Positions 31,364 to 36,429 of a stretch of 36,429 nucleotides of DNA are shown here, in pieces. The translations under genes and the position numbers were made by a program. This DNA comes from Rhodoferax sp. Lineage in GTDB: Bacteria; Pseudomonadota; Gammaproteobacteria; Burkholderiales; Burkholderiaceae_C. Under the pieces are notes generated by a model. The model did no database searches. It saw only the letters and a program-made list of their open reading frames with translations, and was not told the DNA's origin. The DNA is taken from assembly GCA_016463455.1 (NCBI GenBank), contig JAEMRG010000001.1, positions 1 through 36,429 on the forward strand. The letters run 5' to 3'. Position 1 is the stretch's first letter; each line of letters starts with the position of its first letter.

Positions 31364-33193
31364 TTATTTCTCCCCGCCCGCGCTGGGGCGAATGTCCATG
31401 AACTGCCAGCCGTTGCTCACCAAGGGGTGCGCGCGGTAGCCATCTATATGGGCCTGGCTCAGGCGGGTGCGAATACGGGTCGAACTCAGGCCGAGCACGC
31501 CATAGACTTCCATGATGCGGTACAAATTGCGCAACACTTGGCTACGCTCCGGTCCGTCGGGTAGGACTCGCAGGCGTTCAAATTCGCGGTCATACTCCGC
31601 GTTTTCAAAGCACGCGTAATTGCTTTGCCCAATGGCTTTGGAGGACAAAAGTCCCATTACAAACTCCGCCTCTGAAGCGCCGGTCCAGCCCAAACCAAAA
31701 GACGAAAGCGAACATGTCTTGCCCTGCTTCAGTAGCTCCGCAAACTTGTCCTTTTTGATCTTTAGGCGTATACCCAGGCGGTCCATGGATTTCTTCCACA
31801 GCTCATCACGTTCACGATAGTCCGAGGATGTGAGAGAGTGAATGGAAAAAACCAAAGGCTTACCATCCGGATGTGTACGGAATCCGCGCGCGTCCTTTTT
31901 GTAGCCGAACTGGTCCAGCAGCGCATTAGCCTGCAGCGGGCTAAAGCGCACGATGCTGCGGTAGTCGGCGTCGTGCCCGGGTATCACGGGGGAGACCATT
32001 TGCTGCGCCCGGATGGCCTGGCCTTTGCGGGTCACGCGGATCTCTTCGTCCACGTCGTAACCCAAGATAATGGCCCGGCGCAGTGCGATTTTCTCGGGCG
32101 TGTAGCCGCCGATGACCGGGTCGCGCAAATTGAAAAACTGGTAGGTGATGTCCGGCTCTACAGTGCGGTACATCTGTACACCTGTGTTGCTCAATTCAGG
32201 CAGTAATTGGTTTTGGCCGTTAAGGGCTTTCTCGATAAAGCTGGGCGGCATTTCAACGATGTCAATTTCCTTACCGCTAAATGCCAACCACATGGACTGG
32301 GGCTCTTCAATGATGCTGATCTCCACGCGGCCTATCCGCGGCATGCTGCGCCCCTGCAGGCTTGCGGCAATGGCCATGTCCTGCGCGTGCTGTGGGTCAG
32401 GTTTGAAGTCCCAAGTAAAGCCAGGGTAAGTCGGGTTCGCGCGCAGCTTGATTTTGGAGCCGCGCACCCAGCTATCGAGCATATACGGCCCGGTGCCCAC
32501 CGGATGCGCCATGATGCCCTCAGGCCCGTACGCCTCCACCACCTCGCGCGCCATGCCGCCGGCGCTGGGGCCGCTCAGCAAGGTCAGGAAATTGCGGTCA
32601 GCCCGCACTAGGCGAATATGCAAAGTGTAGCGGTCACTGGCATAAATGCCGGGGTGGCGCTGCTCGTAATTCATGCCCTCTTTGGCCGCCTGGCGGCGGG
32701 CAGCTGCAAAGCCCTCAATCTTGTCTTCCAGGTCCGCTACTCGGGGTGACTTGTTTTTGGGGTCGATATGGCGTAGCAAGGTGTAGACGAAGTCCTGCGC
32801 CGTTAACTCGCGCTTTTGGCCTTTGAAGGCGGGGTCGTCCGAAAAGTACAGACCTTTGCGGATCTTGAAGGTGTAAAGCTTGCCGCCGTCGGTGATTTCG
32901 GGCAGCGCTTCGGCGGCATTGGGGACGATAATGCTGGGCCGGGCCATCCAGTCATAGGTCACCAGGGGCTGAAAAATCCCCAAGTTCACGATATTGGAGT
33001 ACAGGTCACTTACACGCACCGGGTCAAAACCCGTCTCAGCTACGGGAAAGGCCATGTGCAGTACCTTGGCCGGATCGGCAGGATTGGTGCTGGCCTGGGC
33101 ATGGCCCCACAACATGGCAACGCTACAAGCCCATGCGGCAACCCAAGCGTGGGTCCAGTGTGTTGGCATAGCAGGCAAAACCAAACGCAGCAT
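31364..33193 (-). CDS. Peptide ABC importer substrate-binding protein (family 5, DppA/OppA-like)
   Basis: Signal peptide ending AQA, ETGFDP, YTFKIRKG..F.DDPAF, PVGTGPY, LRRAI. Start may be a few codons downstream. Confidence 0.92.
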   Translation of the reverse strand: MLRLVLPAMPTHWTHAWVAAWACSVAMLWGHAQASTNPADPAKVLHMAFPVAETGFDPVRVSDLYSNIVNLGIFQPLVTYDWMARPSIIVPNAAEALPEITDGGKLYTFKIRKGLYFSDDPAFKGQKRELTAQDFVYTLLRHIDPKNKSPRVADLEDKIEGFAAARRQAAKEGMNYEQRHPGIYASDRYTLHIRLVRADRNFLTLLSGPSAGGMAREVVEAYGPEGIMAHPVGTGPYMLDSWVRGSKIKLRANPTYPGFTWDFKPDPQHAQDMAIAASLQGRSMPRIGRVEISIIEEPQSMWLAFSGKEIDIVEMPPSFIEKALNGQNQLLPELSNTGVQMYRTVEPDITYQFFNLRDPVIGGYTPEKIALRRAIILGYDVDEEIRVTRKGQAIRAQQMVSPVIPGHDADYRSIVRFSPLQANALLDQFGYKKDARGFRTHPDGKPLVFSIHSLTSSDYRERDELWKKSMDRLGIRLKIKKDKFAELLKQGKTCSLSSFGLGWTGASEAEFVMGLLSSKAIGQSNYACFENAEYDREFERLRVLPDGPERSQVLRNLYRIMEVYGVLGLSSTRIRTRLSQAHIDGYRAHPLVSNGWQFMDIRPSAGGEK

Positions 33194-33308
33194 GAGGGTG
33201 GGTCTCCGGATAGGGGGCCAAGGCAGCGGGCATCATAAAGTAAGCCGCAGCACATGGTTTTGGGCGCCTGGCCGGAGCCTGGCGTGCGCCATCCATTACA
33301 GTGGACTG

Positions 33309-35375
33309 ATGACGCACGCTAACAACCCCCTCCTGTCCCCCTGGGACACGCCCTTCCAGGTACCGCCTTTTGCATCTATTGAGCCGCAGCATTTTTTGCC
33401 GGCATTTGATGCCGCCTTTGCCGCCCACCAGGCCGAGATCGCGGCCATCGCGGCCAACCCGGCCCCTGCCGACTTTGACAACACCTTGCTGGCGCTGGAG
33501 TCGGCCGGGCAGTTGCTGGCGCGCTGCCGCTCGGTGTTTTTCAATTTGGTGGCCTCGCACAGCTCCGACGCTTTGCGCGCCTTAGAGCGCGAAATTGCCC
33601 CCCGGCTTGCCGCCCACCAGGCAGCGTTTTTTTTACATGCTGGCTTGTTCGCCCGCATCGAGTCCGTCGCCCGCAACAGCGCCGCGCTGGACGCGCAAAG
33701 TCAGCGCCTGCTGTCGCGTTACCTCTTGGACTTTGAGCGCGCAGGCGCCCGCTTGGCCTCCGCCCAGCGCAAGGAATTTGCGGCCAATGCCGAGCGCCTG
33801 GCCCGCTGCTTCACCCAGTTTTCACAAAACGTGCTGGCCGACGAGTCGGCGTTTCAGATGGTGTTGCGCACACCCGCAGAACTGGCTGGGCTGCCGGCTT
33901 TTGTCGTCTCCGCAGCGCGCCAGGCGGCTTCCGAGCGGGGCGTCGAAGGCGCGGACGCCCACGTCATCACGCTGTCGCGTTCGTCCATCACGCCCTTCAT
34001 GATGTTTTCCGAGCAGCGCGACCTGCGCCAGCACATCTGGCAGGCCTGGTGCGCGCGCGGTGAGCACAGCGGCGCGCACGACAACCGGCCGCTGATGCGC
34101 GAGATCCTGCAACTGCGCCTAGCGCAGGCGCGCTTGCTGGGCTACGCGCATTTCACTGACTTTGCCCTGGCCGACACCATGGCCGGCCACCACGGCGCCG
34201 TGCGCGACTTGCTGATGCGCGCCTGGGAGCCGGCGCAGCGCAAAGCCCTGGGTGAGCGCGCCGCCCTGGCCGCCCTCGCCAGCGAGGAAACCGGTCAGCC
34301 CTGGACCAGCGAAGACATTCAGGCCTGGGACTGGCACTACTGGACCGAGAAAGTGCGTCAGCGTGCGTATGCGCTCAACGAAGCAGAGATCAAACCCTTT
34401 TTGCAGCTCGAGCGCCTGACCGAGGCCATGTTTTATGTGGCCGGGCGCCTTTTCGGACTGCGCTTTGCGCCACGCGGCGACATCGCCACCTACCACGACA
34501 GCGTCAAAGCCTGGGAAGTGTGCGATGCCGATGGCCGCCATGTGGGCGTGTTCTTAGGTGACAACTTTGCCCGCAGTGGCAAGCGCTCGGGCGCTTGGAT
34601 GAGCACTTATCGTGACCAAAGCGAACTGCCCACCGCCGTGCGCCCGATTGTGGTGAACAACAATAATTTTTCGCAGGCCGCCGCGGGTGAGCCCACCTTG
34701 CTCAGCCTGGACGATGCGCGCACACTCTTTCATGAGTTCGGCCACGGCCTGCATGGGCTGCTTTCGCAATGCCGTTTCCGCCGCCTTTCGGGCACCAGCG
34801 TACTGCGCGACTTTGTCGAGTTCCCTTCGCAAATTTTTGAAAACTGGCTGCTACAGCCAGAAATTTTGCAACGCTTTGCCACCCACAGCCAAAGCGGCCA
34901 GCCCATGGGTCAGGCTTTGCTCGAGAAAATTTTGGCGGCGCAAACCTTTAACCAAGGTTTCGCCACAGTCGAGTACCTGGCCTCCGCCTTGGTGGATCTG
35001 GACTTGCACCAACGCCTTGACCTGGACACGCTGGATTTGCAAGCATTTGAGCGCGACACTTTGCAGGCGCTGGCAATGCCATCGGGCATCGGCATGCGCC
35101 ACCGCTTGCCGCACTTCTCGCATCTGTTTTCTTCTAATGCCTATGCCTCGGCGTATTACGTCTATATGTGGGCCGAGGTGCTGGACGCGGATGGCTTCGA
35201 CGCTTTCTTGGAAAAAGGCGATGTACTCGACCCAGCCTTGGGCCAGTCCCTGCTGCGCCATGTGTATGCCGCAGGCAATCAGCAAGAGCCCATGCAAGCT
35301 TATGTCGCCTTCCGTGGCCGCCCGCCGGCGGTCGAACCCATGCTGCGCAAGCGTGGCCTACTCACCTCTGCCTGA
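33309..35375 (+). CDS. dcp: M3A metallopeptidase (peptidyl-dipeptidase Dcp / oligopeptidase A-like), cytoplasmic
   Basis: NPLL...PPF start, KRSGAWM, LFHEFGHGLH, DFVEFPSQ, FSHLFS..YASAYYVYMWAEVL. Start moved to ATG 33309 because the longer ORF overlaps the SBP gene. Confidence 0.9.
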   Translation: MTHANNPLLSPWDTPFQVPPFASIEPQHFLPAFDAAFAAHQAEIAAIAANPAPADFDNTLLALESAGQLLARCRSVFFNLVASHSSDALRALEREIAPRLAAHQAAFFLHAGLFARIESVARNSAALDAQSQRLLSRYLLDFERAGARLASAQRKEFAANAERLARCFTQFSQNVLADESAFQMVLRTPAELAGLPAFVVSAARQAASERGVEGADAHVITLSRSSITPFMMFSEQRDLRQHIWQAWCARGEHSGAHDNRPLMREILQLRLAQARLLGYAHFTDFALADTMAGHHGAVRDLLMRAWEPAQRKALGERAALAALASEETGQPWTSEDIQAWDWHYWTEKVRQRAYALNEAEIKPFLQLERLTEAMFYVAGRLFGLRFAPRGDIATYHDSVKAWEVCDADGRHVGVFLGDNFARSGKRSGAWMSTYRDQSELPTAVRPIVVNNNNFSQAAAGEPTLLSLDDARTLFHEFGHGLHGLLSQCRFRRLSGTSVLRDFVEFPSQIFENWLLQPEILQRFATHSQSGQPMGQALLEKILAAQTFNQGFATVEYLASALVDLDLHQRLDLDTLDLQAFERDTLQALAMPSGIGMRHRLPHFSHLFSSNAYASAYYVYMWAEVLDADGFDAFLEKGDVLDPALGQSLLRHVYAAGNQQEPMQAYVAFRGRPPAVEPMLRKRGLLTSA

Positions 35376-35384
35376 AAGCTGTTG

Positions 35385-36362
35385 ATGTCTGACAACGCCT
35401 ACCAACGCGGTCGCCTGGATTTGCCCTTTGTGGGGCATTGCACTTTTGCCAAGTCTCCGGCCTGCGTCGACTGGAATGCGATCGATGCTGATGTCGCGGT
35501 CATCGGCGTGCCCAATGACATGGGCACGCAGTGGCGGCCCGGTGCGCGCTTTGGCCCGCGTGCCATCCGCGAGGCCTCCACCCTGTTTTCTTTTGGCCAT
35601 GCCGGCGCCTACGACCATGAGGACGATGTGATGTACCTCACGCGCGACCAGGCGCGCATCGTCGATGTGGGCGACGCCGACATCGTGCACACCGATATGC
35701 ACAAAAGCCATGCCAATACCGAGTACGCCATCCGCAAAATTCTGGCCAGTGGGGCCATGCCGCTGGTGCTGGGTGGTGACCATTCGGTGCATGCGCCGGT
35801 GATCAAGGCTTTTGATGGCATGGGCCCTATCCATATCGTGCATTTCGACGCGCATCTGGACTTTGTGGACGAACGCCACGGCGTGCGCTATGGCCACGGC
35901 AACCCGCTGCGCCGCGCCTCTGAGATGGACCATATCACCGGCATGACGCAGCTGGGCATACGCAATGTGTCTTCCTCCAACCGCGACGACTACGATGCCG
36001 CACGCGCTGCCGGTTCGCAGATTTACTCGGTGCGCCAGGTGCGCAAGATGGGCGTGGCCGGTGTACTGGCCGCGATACCTGAGGCGGCGCAGTACTACTT
36101 CACGATTGACATCGACGGCTTTGACCCATCGATCGCGCCGGGCACCGGAACGCCTAGCCACGGCGGCTTTTTGTACTACGAGGTGTTGGAAATCATCGAG
36201 GCGCTGGTCAAGCGCTGCCAAGGCAGGATTGTGGGCATGGACTTGGTGGAAGTGGCCCCAGCCTACGACCCGACCGGCATCACCGCCATCCTGGCCGCGC
36301 AGCTCTTGCTCAACAGCCTGGGCTTTATTTTTCACCAGCGCCAACTGGTCAAAGGCGCATAG
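35385..36362 (+). CDS. Ureohydrolase, agmatinase/guanidinobutyrase family
   Basis: RPGARFGPRAIR, GGDHS, FDAHLD, TIDIDGFDP..APGTGTP, DLVEVAP. Exact substrate cannot be assigned from motifs. Confidence 0.9.
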   Translation: MSDNAYQRGRLDLPFVGHCTFAKSPACVDWNAIDADVAVIGVPNDMGTQWRPGARFGPRAIREASTLFSFGHAGAYDHEDDVMYLTRDQARIVDVGDADIVHTDMHKSHANTEYAIRKILASGAMPLVLGGDHSVHAPVIKAFDGMGPIHIVHFDAHLDFVDERHGVRYGHGNPLRRASEMDHITGMTQLGIRNVSSSNRDDYDAARAAGSQIYSVRQVRKMGVAGVLAAIPEAAQYYFTIDIDGFDPSIAPGTGTPSHGGFLYYEVLEIIEALVKRCQGRIVGMDLVEVAPAYDPTGITAILAAQLLLNSLGFIFHQRQLVKGA

Positions 36363-36384
36363 GACGGCCTGGCACTAGAATGCG

Positions 36385-36429
36385 CCGGTCAGGAGAGAGT
36401 CGCAAGACCGCCGAAGGCTGAACGCTCAG
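36385..36429 (+). ncRNA. Probable glycine riboswitch, 5' part, cut by the window end
   Basis: CAGGAGAG, GTC-GCAA-GAC hairpin, CGCCGAAGG, AACGCTCAG in the order typical of the glycine aptamer. TAGAAT -10-like box at 36376-36381 just upstream. Confidence 0.75.

Noticed and set aside
32994-33308. 105-aa N-terminal extension of the M3 ORF
   Set aside because: Overlaps the oppositely oriented SBP gene; family similarity begins at MTHANNPLL (33309).
35358-36344. 328-aa ORF antisense to the ureohydrolase, and many other 60-260 aa overlapping ORFs in the track
   Set aside because: Shadow ORFs expected in GC-rich coding DNA; no recognisable motifs, and each overlaps a well-supported gene.
36370-36384. 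TGGCAC...TGC as a sigma54 promoter
   Set aside because: GG-to-GC spacing is 9 nt rather than the required 10.

Overview
Gene-dense, GC-rich window that looks betaproteobacterial (Comamonadaceae-like; inferred from gene content and protein style). It opens inside the error-prone polymerase gene dnaE2 (imuC), which carries two in-frame palindromic DNA insertions, one a clear REP-like doublet. A mixed block follows: serine hydrolase, Xaa-Pro aminopeptidase, 8-vinyl reductase bciA (suggesting a bacteriochlorophyll-making host), a cupin, a ChaA-type antiporter and a DMT transporter. About 26 kb (9.3-35.4 kb) is then devoted to peptidases and transporters. It holds two paralogous secreted M16 proteases pointing outward around an operon-like run (RND pump without outer-membrane channel; TAP-like peptidase + NatAB-type ABC; ABC ATPase with a 1-nt frameshift + ABC permease-M1 aminopeptidase fusion), followed by a Dpp/Opp-type importer and an M3 peptidase. 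The window ends with an agmatinase-family gene and the 5' part of a probable glycine riboswitch. No rRNA, tRNA, CRISPR array or transposase was seen. All calls rest on motifs read by eye; no database search was run.
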